In this document: positions 1 to 11,964 of the stretch, piece after piece
Position numbering within the stretch: the stretch's first letter is position 1
Layout: each line of letters starts with the position of its first letter
Source: Nitrospirota bacterium
GTDB taxonomy: Bacteria; Nitrospirota; Thermodesulfovibrionia; Thermodesulfovibrionales; JdFR-85
Assembly (NCBI GenBank): GCA_015492645.1
Contig: WGER01000027.1
Location: 11,396-75,395 of the forward strand
Length of the DNA: 64,000 nucleotides
Reading direction: 5' to 3'
The notes under the pieces: generated by a model
What the model was told of the DNA's origin: nothing
What the model saw: the letters and a program-made list of their open reading frames with translations, nothing else
The model's database searches: none
Program-made: the position numbers and the translations under genes

Positions 1-801
1 TGTGCAACCCTTCACAACAACACCCTGGTCAGAAAGGGCCAGGTGGTGGCAGGCACAAGGGCCATACCTCTGGTGGTGAAGAAGGCAGTGGTGGAGGAGG
101 CGGTTCAGAGAGCCAGGAGTGAGGAGTCAGGAGTCAAGAGTCAGGAGTCAGGAGGGGCCCCCGAAAAATCGGAGATTTTTCGGGGCAGAGAAGTCGGAAG
201 TCAGAGGTCAGAGGGGGTGATAGAGGTAAGGCAGTTAAGAAGGCCAAGGGCTGGAGTGGTGATTACTGGCAACGAGGTCTATTATGGCCGGATCAAGGAT
301 GCCTTTGCCCCAATCATAAGGCAGAAGATTGAGGCATTCGGCGGTGAGATTGTGGGTCTTTATTTTGCCCCTGATGATGCAGGGTTTATTGAGGCCCGTC
401 TCAGGGAGTTGATTGAAGCAGGGGCAGACCTGCTGATCACCACAGGTGGTATGTCTGTTGACCCTGATGATGTCACAAGGTTTGCCATCAGGAACCTGGG
501 TGTAAGGGAGATGCACTATGGCTCTGCAGTGCTGCCCGGAGCAATGTTTTTGATTGCATACTTGAAGGAGTCAGAAGTCAGAAGGGGTCCCAGAAAAATC
601 AGAGATTTTTCTGGACTTATCCCGGTGCTCGGTATTCCTGCCTGCGGAATGTATCACAGGACCACGGTCTTTGACCTTGTCCTGCCAAGGATCCTTGCAG
701 GTGAGTACATAGACCGTGAGGCCCTTGCCGAGATGGGTCACGGTGGGTTATGCCTTAACTGTAGGGAATGTCGGTACCCTGTATGCCCCTTTGGGAAGTA
801 A
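1..801 (+). CDS. molybdopterin-binding (MogA/MoaB/MoeA-type fold) domain protein, 5' end outside window
   Basis: The frame is open from base 1 (CATLHNNTLVRKGQ...), so the ORF-track M at 43 is internal. ITTGGMSVDPDD motif of molybdopterin-binding domains. Cys-rich tail CLNCRECRYPVCPFGK. Carries two in-frame repeat insertions (115-216, 566-616). Confidence 0.6.
   Translation, partial: CATLHNNTLVRKGQVVAGTRAIPLVVKKAVVEEAVQRARSEESGVKSQESGGAPEKSEIFRGREVGSQRSEGVIEVRQLRRPRAGVVITGNEVYYGRIKDAFAPIIRQKIEAFGGEIVGLYFAPDDAGFIEARLRELIEAGADLLITTGGMSVDPDDVTRFAIRNLGVREMHYGSAVLPGAMFLIAYLKESEVRRGPRKIRDFSGLIPVLGIPACGMYHRTTVFDLVLPRILAGEYIDREALAEMGHGGLCLNCRECRYPVCPFGK
115..216 (+). repeat. in-frame composite repeat: six AGGAGTC-type heptamers, a 12-bp perfect hairpin, then four AGRRGTC heptamers
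   Basis: Heptamers aggagtg aggagtc aggagtc aagagtc aggagtc aggaggg at 115-156. Hairpin CCCCGAAAAATC-gga-GATTTTTCGGGG at 159-185. Heptamers agaagtc ggaagtc agaggtc agagggg at 189-216. Total 102 nt = 34 codons, translated as RSEESGVKSQESGGAPEKSEIFRGREVGSQRSEG. Confidence 0.85.
566..616 (+). repeat. second in-frame copy: three heptamers plus a hairpin
   Basis: Heptamers aggagtc agaagtc agaaggg at 566-586. Then CCAGAAAAATC-aga-GATTTTTCTGG at 590-614. Total 51 nt = 17 codons, translated as ESEVRRGPRKIRDFSG. Confidence 0.8.
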
Positions 802-902
802 AATGACCCTCTGAAATGGGTAGAAGTCATGGTGTCTTCTATAGCACTCTGTGTCGGGAATTCCCATAAAATCAAAGACTTTGCGGGCTGAAGTAACTCA
901 GA

Positions 903-926
903 CCTGAAAAATCAATTTTTTTCAGG
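903..926. repeat. intergenic member of the GAAAAATC hairpin family
   Basis: cctgaaaaatcaatttttttcagg, preceded by ctgaagtaactcagac, which resembles the heptamer motif. Confidence 0.5.
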
Positions 927-1022
927 CGTAAGCCCTACCGATTACTAATAGTTTCGCATGTAGGTCAGATGTCAATTTTGGGGCACCCTCATACCTACCA
1001 AATGATATAATAAGTAGCAGGT

Positions 1023-2114
1023 GTGATTACCAAATTAAAATTCGGAAGGACAATGACTGCAGGGGAGAGACTCTTACAAAGTCCGAAGGAACAGCACTGG
1101 CATTTCTGTTATGAGATGCTACCAAGGGTCTCAAGGACCTTTGCGCTAAACATAGGTGAACTGGAGGGCGACATCTACAGGTCTGTTCTGGTGGGTTATC
1201 TTCTGTTCAGGATAGCCGATACCTTTGAAGACAATTTACACAGGACGGAAGAGGAAAAGATAAGAGACCTCGGTGATTTCTATCAGATCTTTGAAGAAGA
1301 CGCGGACCTTTTAAAAAGACTCTCACTCTATGAATCCCTGAAGAGGAGATGGGAGGAGCAGACCGCTGAAAAGGAACTGATAGAGCATGGTGAAAGTGTA
1401 CTGATCTGTTACTTTGATCTACCCGAGCCCTACCGGAAGATAATAGACCCCCTGATCAGAAAATCCGTCAGGGGGATGATAGAGTTCCAGAGACTCAAAC
1501 TCCAGAGTGGTCAAAAGGTGTTTCAACTCCGTAGTGTCAGAGAGTTGAAGAGGTACTGCTACTTCGTGGCAGGTGTTGTTGGAGAGATGCTCACCGAGGT
1601 CTTCTGTACAAAGGAGACCATCCAACCTCTCAGCCCCTATCTAAACAGATACCGTGTCTCCTTCGGTCTTGCCCTTCAACTGATAAATGTCCTGAAGGAC
1701 TATGAGAAAGACCTTATGAGGGGATGGTGTTATATACCCAAGGAAATAACGGACAGATACAATGCTGAAATAAAAGAGTTAGAAAAACCTGGTAACCCTT
1801 ATGAATGGAAGATGGTGGAAAGGGAGATGTCTCTTCTGACCCTTCAGCACCTTGACAGGGCACTGCTGTACATCAAACATCTGCCATACAGGGAGTATCC
1901 ACTCAGGATGTTCTGCATCATACCCTTTGTTCTTGCCTACAGGACAATGCTCAAGATACTGTCTGGCAAAGATAGAAAGTTGACAAGACAGGAGGTGGCA
2001 GAGATCCTTAACAGATGCAGGGACTTTGCAATATCAGACAGTGAGTTAGAAGAGGACTACAGAGAGGCGAAAAAGAGGATTATCCAAATTTCAAGTAATG
2101 ATCATGGTGTCTGA
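1023..2114 (+). CDS. squalene synthase / phytoene synthase family (farnesyl-diphosphate farnesyltransferase-like)
   Basis: SRTFALNI box, two Asp-rich boxes (ADTFED, KDYEKD), and YCYFVAGVVGEML as in SQS/PSY enzymes. About 360 aa, as for SQS-type proteins. Start is GTG 1023 or ATG 1053. Confidence 0.75.
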   Translation: MITKLKFGRTMTAGERLLQSPKEQHWHFCYEMLPRVSRTFALNIGELEGDIYRSVLVGYLLFRIADTFEDNLHRTEEEKIRDLGDFYQIFEEDADLLKRLSLYESLKRRWEEQTAEKELIEHGESVLICYFDLPEPYRKIIDPLIRKSVRGMIEFQRLKLQSGQKVFQLRSVRELKRYCYFVAGVVGEMLTEVFCTKETIQPLSPYLNRYRVSFGLALQLINVLKDYEKDLMRGWCYIPKEITDRYNAEIKELEKPGNPYEWKMVEREMSLLTLQHLDRALLYIKHLPYREYPLRMFCIIPFVLAYRTMLKILSGKDRKLTRQEVAEILNRCRDFAISDSELEEDYREAKKRIIQISSNDHGV

Positions 2115-2607
2115 GAGACAGGACGAGGAATACATGAGAGAGGCCCTTGAGGAGGCACTGACAGGAGAGACCGAAGGAGAGGTGCCTGTAGGTGCCGTGG
2201 TTGTTATTAATGGTAAAGTGATAGCAAGAGATCATAACCGGAGGGAACAACTACAGGACCCCACTGCCCATGCTGAGGTTCTGGTCCTAAGGAAGGCTGC
2301 AAATGCCCTTGGTACCTGGAGACTCCTGGATGCCACAGTATATGTTACCAAAGAGCCCTGTCCCATGTGTGCAGGGGCCCTGGTGAATGCAAGGGTCAAA
2401 AGACTTGTGTATGGTTGTCCAGACCAAAAGGCGGGGGCAGCAGACTCTGTATTCAATATCGTCTCAGATCTGAGACTCAATCACAGGATAGAGGTCACCT
2501 CCGGTGTCCTCTCAACCGAGGCCTCGGAGATCCTCACCAGATTCTTTGAAAAGAGAAGAAGGTCGAAGGGATCCTCTGAGGAGGTTCTTACAGATAGGGA
2601 CTCTTAA
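2098..2607 (+). CDS. tadA: tRNA-specific adenosine deaminase
   Basis: CDA zinc motifs HAEVLVL and PCPMCAGAL. Size and context fit. Confidence 0.9.
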   Translation: MIMVSERQDEEYMREALEEALTGETEGEVPVGAVVVINGKVIARDHNRREQLQDPTAHAEVLVLRKAANALGTWRLLDATVYVTKEPCPMCAGALVNARVKRLVYGCPDQKAGAADSVFNIVSDLRLNHRIEVTSGVLSTEASEILTRFFEKRRRSKGSSEEVLTDRDS

Positions 2608-2641
2608 AAGGAGATTTAAGGGATGTCGGGCTCACGGATCG

Positions 2642-4213
2642 GTGAGTGTTGGAGGAACGGTCCTAACCCTGCTTTCTGCCACACTACTTACAGCAGGACT
2701 GACTCCAGAGAGATCCCTTATTATAATGGGGGAGCCCTTCCCACCTGCAGACCTCTCTTCAGTCGCCTGGATTGCACTGGTCCCCTTCCTTTATCTCACT
2801 TCACGGACGAAACCGTCTCAGTCCTTCAGGCAGGGTCTCTTCCTCGGTTTTCTCTTCTACTTCGGCACCCAGTACTGGATATACCACTCCATAAACAACT
2901 ATGGTGGTTTACCACTGGCCAGTAGCCTGGCAGTGGTGATGCTGCTCTGTCTGTATGAGGCACTTTATACGGCACTCTTCGGCTGGGTTGTCAACCACCT
3001 TAACCGAATCACATCACTGCCCATGGCAGTATATGCACCATCTCTATGGATGGTGCTTGAATATCTGAGAGGTGTCCTTTTCACCGGCTTTCCCTGGTCA
3101 CTGCTTGGATATACCCAGACAGATAATCTCACAGTGATACAGATTGCTGATCTGACAGGGGTCTACGGGGTCTCCTTTCTGGTGGTCCTTGTAAACTCCA
3201 CGCTAACAGACATTATTATTGAAAGAAAGAGGATAATCTCTGTCATATTAACAGTAACCCTTCTTGCCGGGTCCATCATATACGGGCATCATAAACTCCA
3301 ATACTTAAAGGGGTTAAAACCCGAAAAGACTATGAGGTTGGGTGTCATCCAGGGCAATATAGATCAATCAATCAAATGGGACAGCCGTTACAGAGAAGAG
3401 GTACTGAATAAGTACAAGAGGATGTCCTCTGAGGCCCTGATATATGGAGTGGATTTGATAATCTGGCCTGAAACCGCGCTACCCTTTTATTTTGATTATG
3501 AAAGACCGTACACAGATGACCTAAAGGCCTTTGTACAGGAAAACTCGATGGTGCTCCTGACAGGTACACCAATGGTAAAGGAGAGGATACCTTCAGGGGA
3601 AGGCTCCTATCAATACAGAATCTCCAACAGCGCTGTGCTGATCCTTGGAGATGGAAAAGTGGGGGGGGTTTATGATAAAATACATCTGGTTCCCTTTGGA
3701 GAATATGTGCCCCTTAAAAGTATCTTCTTTTTTGTTGACAAACTGGTAGAGGGGATAGGTGACTTTCAAAGGGGTGAAAACCTCACCCTTTTCAGGATAA
3801 AGGGTAAGGAAGGTTATACGAGTTTCTTTACCCTGATATGTTATGAGGCAATCTTTCCCTCACTGGTGAGGAGGTTCCCTCAGGCGGACTTTATGGTAAA
3901 TATAACGAATGATGCATGGTTTGGCAGGACGGCAGGCCCCTATCAGCACTTTGAGATATCCCGTGTGAGGGCTGTAGAGAACAGGATGCCCCTTGTAAGG
4001 GCTGCAAATACAGGAATTTCAGCGATTGTGGATATGAGTGGTCAGGTATTGGAGAGGACGGATCTATTCAGGGACGATAAGATTATTACGGAATTGAGAA
4101 TCTCAAAGGTAGAGAGTTTATACAGGAGATTTGGTGACATTTTTGTCTATTTAAATTTTGTTTATATCGGAATACTCTGGATTATGAGTCAAAAAGTGAC
4201 TCTTAAACAATGA
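2642..4213 (+). CDS. lnt: apolipoprotein N-acyltransferase
   Basis: N-terminal multi-TM region, LIIWPETALPFY, catalytic-Cys context LICYEAIFP, and a nitrilase-like C-terminal domain. The ORF-track start 2504 overlaps tadA by about 100 nt. GTG 2642 is the first plausible start before the first TM helix; the start is uncertain. Confidence 0.85.
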   Translation: MSVGGTVLTLLSATLLTAGLTPERSLIIMGEPFPPADLSSVAWIALVPFLYLTSRTKPSQSFRQGLFLGFLFYFGTQYWIYHSINNYGGLPLASSLAVVMLLCLYEALYTALFGWVVNHLNRITSLPMAVYAPSLWMVLEYLRGVLFTGFPWSLLGYTQTDNLTVIQIADLTGVYGVSFLVVLVNSTLTDIIIERKRIISVILTVTLLAGSIIYGHHKLQYLKGLKPEKTMRLGVIQGNIDQSIKWDSRYREEVLNKYKRMSSEALIYGVDLIIWPETALPFYFDYERPYTDDLKAFVQENSMVLLTGTPMVKERIPSGEGSYQYRISNSAVLILGDGKVGGVYDKIHLVPFGEYVPLKSIFFFVDKLVEGIGDFQRGENLTLFRIKGKEGYTSFFTLICYEAIFPSLVRRFPQADFMVNITNDAWFGRTAGPYQHFEISRVRAVENRMPLVRAANTGISAIVDMSGQVLERTDLFRDDKIITELRISKVESLYRRFGDIFVYLNFVYIGILWIMSQKVTLKQ

Positions 4214-4231
4214 CTCGAGGGAGGTGTCAAG

Positions 4232-5381
4232 ATGCTTACAGTTGGTACAGTAAGAGAAGAACTGGAAGTTCTGCAGAGAAGGCTCACAGAACTGAGAGGT
4301 TATCTTTGAGGTAGATAGACTGAAAGAGGAACTATCAGAGATAGATGGTAAGTTAAGCAGAGAAGACCTCTGGACAGACTACGAACGGATAAAGGAGTTA
4401 CAGAAGAAGAGGGCAGAGATTGAAGACATCTTAGAGCCCTTTCAGTCCTTAGAGGACCGTCTCAAGTATCTCCTGCAGACTCAGGAACTCCTTGAAGAAG
4501 AGGAGGGTGAACTCCTTCTGGAGGAATTCACAAAAGAACTGAAGACCCTGAAGGAAGAGATTGATAACTTAGAACTGAAACATCTGCTGTCATCAGAACA
4601 TGACCGGTCCAATGCGATATTGGAGATACATCCCGGGGCAGGAGGTACAGAGAGTCAGGACTGGGCTGAGATGCTTCTGAGAATGTATCTTCGTTGGGCA
4701 GAAAAACATGGATACAAGACAGAGATAGTTGATATTCAACCAGGAGAGGAGGCAGGAATAAAGAGCGCAACACTGACCATCTCAGGCCCCTATGCCTATG
4801 GGTATCTTAAGGCAGAAAATGGAGTCCACAGGCTTGTAAGGATTTCACCTTTTGATGCAAATAGAAGGAGACACACATCCTTTACAGCAATCCTTGTATA
4901 TCCAGAAATAGAAGAGGATGTGGATGTGGAGATCAGGGAGGAGGACCTCAGGATTGATACCTTCAGGGCATCTGGTGCCGGTGGTCAACATGTAAATAAG
5001 GTATCTTCTGCAGTAAGAATAGTTCATATCCCGACTGGTATTGTGGTTACCTGTCAAAATGAAAGGTCTCAGCACAGAAACAGGGCGATGGCGATGAAGA
5101 TACTCAAGGCGCGGTTGTATGATATGAAGAGAAAGGAACAGGAAGAGAAACTCCAGGGACTGATTGGTGAAAAGAGGGAGATAGCATGGGGAAATCAGAT
5201 CCGTTCCTATGTGCTCCATCCATACAAGATGGTAAAAGACCACAGGACCGGGGTTGAGGTATACAGTGTTGACGCAGTACTTGATGGTGACATTGATATA
5301 TTTATAAGGGCTTATCTGAAGGGTCTCCGTTCGAATACCGAGTCTGGGGCTTCTTCTAAGGAGTCTTTAAAGAGAGAGTAG
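4232..5381 (+). CDS. prfB: peptide chain release factor 2, requires programmed +1 frameshift at 4304-4310
   Basis: SD gagggagg, then ATG 4232. Frame 0 gives MLTVGTVREELEVLQRRLTELRGYL, then TGA at 4307. The +1 frame continues EVDRLKEELSE... into the 4620 ORF (NAILEIHPGAGGTESQDWAEML, SGAGGQHVNK). Confidence 0.93.
4295..4310 (+). promoter_or_regulatory. RF2 autoregulatory +1 frameshift site
   Basis: AGA GGT TAT CTT TGA G: an internal SD-like AGAGG three nt upstream of the slippery CTT followed by an in-frame TGA. Confidence 0.9.
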
Positions 5382-5621
5382 TTGTGAGTAGTAGTTGGTG
5401 TGTAAATGTTAATAGTTTGAAAGTCCCTTGATTTTTGTTGTTCCGGAGATAGATTTAATGTTAAAGGAATGATTAAAAGATATATTACTTTCTAAACAAT
5501 ATCCACATTGATTATAATTAAACACCTTATTAACATACATTTGAATATGATAATGGAGAATTTAGAACTATTGGAAAGCAAGAATTTCACATTCTGTTGA
5601 AAAGTTGTTAATAAATGAAGG
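5382..5621. other. AT-rich dnaA-upstream region, candidate oriC / dnaA promoter
   Basis: The longest AT-rich non-coding stretch in the window, lying between prfB and dnaA. One near-consensus DnaA box, aTATCCACA, at 5499-5507. Other matches are weak. Confidence 0.45.
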
Positions 5622-6956
5622 ATGGATAAGAACGAATTGTGGAATAGGTGCCTGGAACTGATTGAGGAAAGGGTTGGGAAGGGGGCCTTTGATCTCTGGT
5701 TCAGGCCGATCAAGGCAAAACAGATGAAGGAGGACCAGTTGATCTTGGAGATGCCTAATAGATTTTACAGAGAATGGGTAGAGGAGAACTATTCACAGAT
5801 GATAAATGATACTGTCAGGGAGATCACAGGACGGGATTTTGATATAAGGTTCAGGGTCTCGGTAAAACAGGACACCGAGGAGAAGCGACAGTATGCCCAG
5901 TTTACACAAAAAAAGAGGGCCCTGAGGCAGAGAGGAGTCTATCTAAACCCGAAGTACACCTTTGATGGTTTTGTAGTTGGTCCAAGCAATGCCTTTGCCC
6001 ATGCTGCTGCCTTAAAGGTCTCAGAGTCACCAGGTACTGTCTATAACCCGCTCTTTATATACGGAGGTGTCGGTCTTGGCAAGACGCACCTTATAAGTGC
6101 GATTGGTAACCATATACTGGACAAGATGCCGGACCTGAAGGTTATATATGTCCAGTCAGAACAGTTTACCAATGAGGTGGTTTCTGCCATCAGACATGAC
6201 AGGATGACAGAACTGAAGGAGAAATACAGGACAGTTGATGTCCTCCTTATAGATGACATACAGTTTATCGCAAACAAGACATCCACACAGGAGGAGTTCT
6301 TCCACACATTCAACTCCCTCTATGAACAACAGAAACAGATTGTCATATCCTCGGACAGGCCTCCTAAGGAGATACAGGATGTTACAGACCGTCTGAAGTC
6401 AAGGTTCACCATGGGGCTTCTGGCAGATATTCAGCCGCCTTCCTTTGAGACCAAACTCGCCATTGTATACAAGAAGGCAGAGTTGCTGAATATTGTTGTC
6501 CCACATGATGTGGCCGAGTACCTGGCCATGAGGGTAAAATCCAATATCAGAGACCTGGAGGGTTGTCTGATAAAACTTGCTGCCCATAGTTCACTCTCCG
6601 GGCTACCTATATCGCTCGAGATGGCCAGGCATGCACTGCGGGACATGATACCAGAGGAACACAGGCCGATAACTGTGGACAGGATCTTGAAGGTGGTCTC
6701 AGAATTCTTTGGTGTGAAGGTTCAAGACCTGAGGTCAAAGAAGAAGACCAAGGAAATCGTCTTGGCACGACAGGTTGCGATGTATCTGGCAAGGCAGTTG
6801 ACAGACCTTTCCCTCGGAGATATAGGAAAAAACATAGGTGGCAAAGACCATGCTACTGTTATATACGCCTGCAGGCAGGTGGAAGCAAAGAAGGCCCAGG
6901 ATGAGTCCTTTGAGAGGATCCTTGAATCCATGATAAAGAAGTTAAAAGAAGGTTAA
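5622..6956 (+). CDS. dnaA: chromosomal replication initiator protein DnaA
   Basis: GGVGLGKTHL Walker A, LLIDDIQF Walker B, and a C-terminal DNA-binding domain (GGKDHATVIYACR). Confidence 0.97.
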   Translation: MDKNELWNRCLELIEERVGKGAFDLWFRPIKAKQMKEDQLILEMPNRFYREWVEENYSQMINDTVREITGRDFDIRFRVSVKQDTEEKRQYAQFTQKKRALRQRGVYLNPKYTFDGFVVGPSNAFAHAAALKVSESPGTVYNPLFIYGGVGLGKTHLISAIGNHILDKMPDLKVIYVQSEQFTNEVVSAIRHDRMTELKEKYRTVDVLLIDDIQFIANKTSTQEEFFHTFNSLYEQQKQIVISSDRPPKEIQDVTDRLKSRFTMGLLADIQPPSFETKLAIVYKKAELLNIVVPHDVAEYLAMRVKSNIRDLEGCLIKLAAHSSLSGLPISLEMARHALRDMIPEEHRPITVDRILKVVSEFFGVKVQDLRSKKKTKEIVLARQVAMYLARQLTDLSLGDIGKNIGGKDHATVIYACRQVEAKKAQDESFERILESMIKKLKEG

Positions 6957-6966
6957 GGAGGAGGAG

Positions 6967-10486
<3,520 letters not shown>

Positions 10487-10494
10487 GAGTAAAA

Positions 10495-11145
10495 ATGGGT
10501 AACACGGTGCTGGACTTTATACTTCAGGCAGGCACGGTGGTAAAGGGAGTGATTCTGATCCTGCTCGGGTTTTCTGTCTTTTCCTGGGCGATCATCATCT
10601 ACAAGTGGAGGTACTTTGCAAGGGCCAAAAAGGAGAATGAGAGGTTTATCAGGTTCTTCCAGACTGGCAGGGACCCCAAGGCCCTCCTGGTGACCACAAG
10701 GGCGTTGGGGATCAGTCCCCTGGCGAACCTCTTCAGGTCTGTTTACAATGAAGACAGAAGAGACAGGACTGAACTCCGGAGGACCATACGGAGATATCTC
10801 GCCCTTGAAGAGGCGAAACTCCTCCGCTACCTCAACTTCCTTGCAACCACAGGGGCCACCACCCCCTTTATCGGACTGTTTGGTACCGTCTGGGGGATAA
10901 TGAACGCATTCAGAGGGATAGGGGCCGCTGGTTCTGCTGCCCTGGCAGTGGTCGCCCCTGGTATAGCAGAGGCACTCATCACCACTGCATTCGGACTTGC
11001 TGCAGCAATACCTGCAGTGATCGGATACAACTACTTCCTGAGTATGGCAAAGAGGATGATAATACTCACAGAGGACTTTGCCGAGGAACTGGAGGATTAC
11101 CTGAGCAGGACCGGAGAACCCCGGGAGTCAGAAGTCCGGACTTGA
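10495..11145 (+). CDS. MotA/TolQ/ExbB proton-channel family protein
   Basis: Three TM helices with the conserved TTGATTPFIGLFGTVWGI and APGIAEALITTAFGL segments. No TolR/ExbD partner follows. The last 8 codons come from the heptamer repeat. Confidence 0.8.
   Translation: MGNTVLDFILQAGTVVKGVILILLGFSVFSWAIIIYKWRYFARAKKENERFIRFFQTGRDPKALLVTTRALGISPLANLFRSVYNEDRRDRTELRRTIRRYLALEEAKLLRYLNFLATTGATTPFIGLFGTVWGIMNAFRGIGAAGSAALAVVAPGIAEALITTAFGLAAAIPAVIGYNYFLSMAKRMIILTEDFAEELEDYLSRTGEPRESEVRT
11123..11136 (+). repeat. two heptamer units (gggagtc agaagtc) forming the TolQ-like C-terminus
   Basis: The same gagtcagaagtc string as at 568-579. Translated ESEV in both genes. Confidence 0.6.
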
Positions 11146-11148
11146 GAG

Positions 11149-11964
11149 ATGGACCTCGATTTCCTCTTCGAAAGGAGGTCTCTTTTTATCATTGCAGGTC
11201 CCTGTGTAATAGAATCAGAGGCCGTTATGGATGAGACAGCCGCCTTTCTGAAGGAGATCGCGCTGAGGTTTGACCTGCCACTGATATTCAAATCCTCATA
11301 TGACAAGGCGAACCGTTCATCCATCAGTTCATACAGGGGACCCGGTATCCAGAAGGGTCTCCAGATTTTGGCAGAACTGAGGCAGAGGTATGGATTGCCC
11401 GTTCTCACAGACATCCACTCCCCTGAGGAGGCAGCAGTAGCCGCCGAGGTGGTGGATATCCTCCAGGTGCCCGCCTTCCTCTGTCGACAGACCGATATTA
11501 TCATTGCCGCCTCTGAAACAGGTCTGCCTGTGAATATCAAAAAGGGTCAGTTTCTGGCCCCATGGGATGTGAAAAACGTGATTGAGAAGTTCACCTCCAC
11601 AGGCAACCACCGTCTGATCATAACAGAGAGAGGGACCACCTTTGGCTACAACAATCTGGTTGTTGACTTCAGGGCATTCCCCATCCTGAGGTCCTTTGGC
11701 TATCCCGTGGTCTTCGATGTGACTCACAGTCTCCAACTGCCCGGAGGGCTGGGCAGGGCCTCAGGAGGCCAGAGGGAATTTGCCCACCCTCTGGCAAGGG
11801 CCGCAGTTGCCGCTGGTGTGGATGGGCTTTTTATGGAGGTTCATCCTGACCCTGACAGGGCCCTCTGCGACGGACCCAACATGATACCACTCGGCCAACT
11901 GCCAGGGCTGTTTGAAACCGTCAGAGAGATAGACAATCTCCTCAGGCAGGGAGGTTCCCTGTGA
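11149..11964 (+). CDS. kdsA: 2-dehydro-3-deoxyphosphooctonate aldolase (KDO-8-P synthase)
   Basis: IAGPCVIES, FKSSYDKANRSS, DVTHSLQLPG. Confidence 0.93.
   Translation: MDLDFLFERRSLFIIAGPCVIESEAVMDETAAFLKEIALRFDLPLIFKSSYDKANRSSISSYRGPGIQKGLQILAELRQRYGLPVLTDIHSPEEAAVAAEVVDILQVPAFLCRQTDIIIAASETGLPVNIKKGQFLAPWDVKNVIEKFTSTGNHRLIITERGTTFGYNNLVVDFRAFPILRSFGYPVVFDVTHSLQLPGGLGRASGGQREFAHPLARAAVAAGVDGLFMEVHPDPDRALCDGPNMIPLGQLPGLFETVREIDNLLRQGGSL

Noticed and set aside
115-216. Whether the in-frame insertions are inteins or ordinary low-complexity linkers.
   Set aside because: They are far too short and lack the intein splice motifs. The nucleotide-level tandem and hairpin structure is shared with intergenic copies, which argues for DNA-level elements rather than selected peptide linkers.
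2623-2925. ATG preceded by a good SD (aaggaga, 9 nt upstream) right after tadA. It opens a 100-aa ORF in a different frame from lnt.
   Set aside because: The translation (MSGSRIGECWRNGPNPAFCHTTY...) is not protein-like. The lnt frame encodes the expected TM helices through the same region. I therefore kept lnt with a weakly supported GTG 2642 start. A sequencing frameshift near 2623-2650 cannot be excluded.
10495-11145. Whether the TolQ/MotA-like gene is a ZorA-type defence component.
   Set aside because: It is only 216 aa with the ordinary TolQ/ExbB topology. It has no long C-terminal tail and no MotB/ZorB-like partner or helicase nearby.
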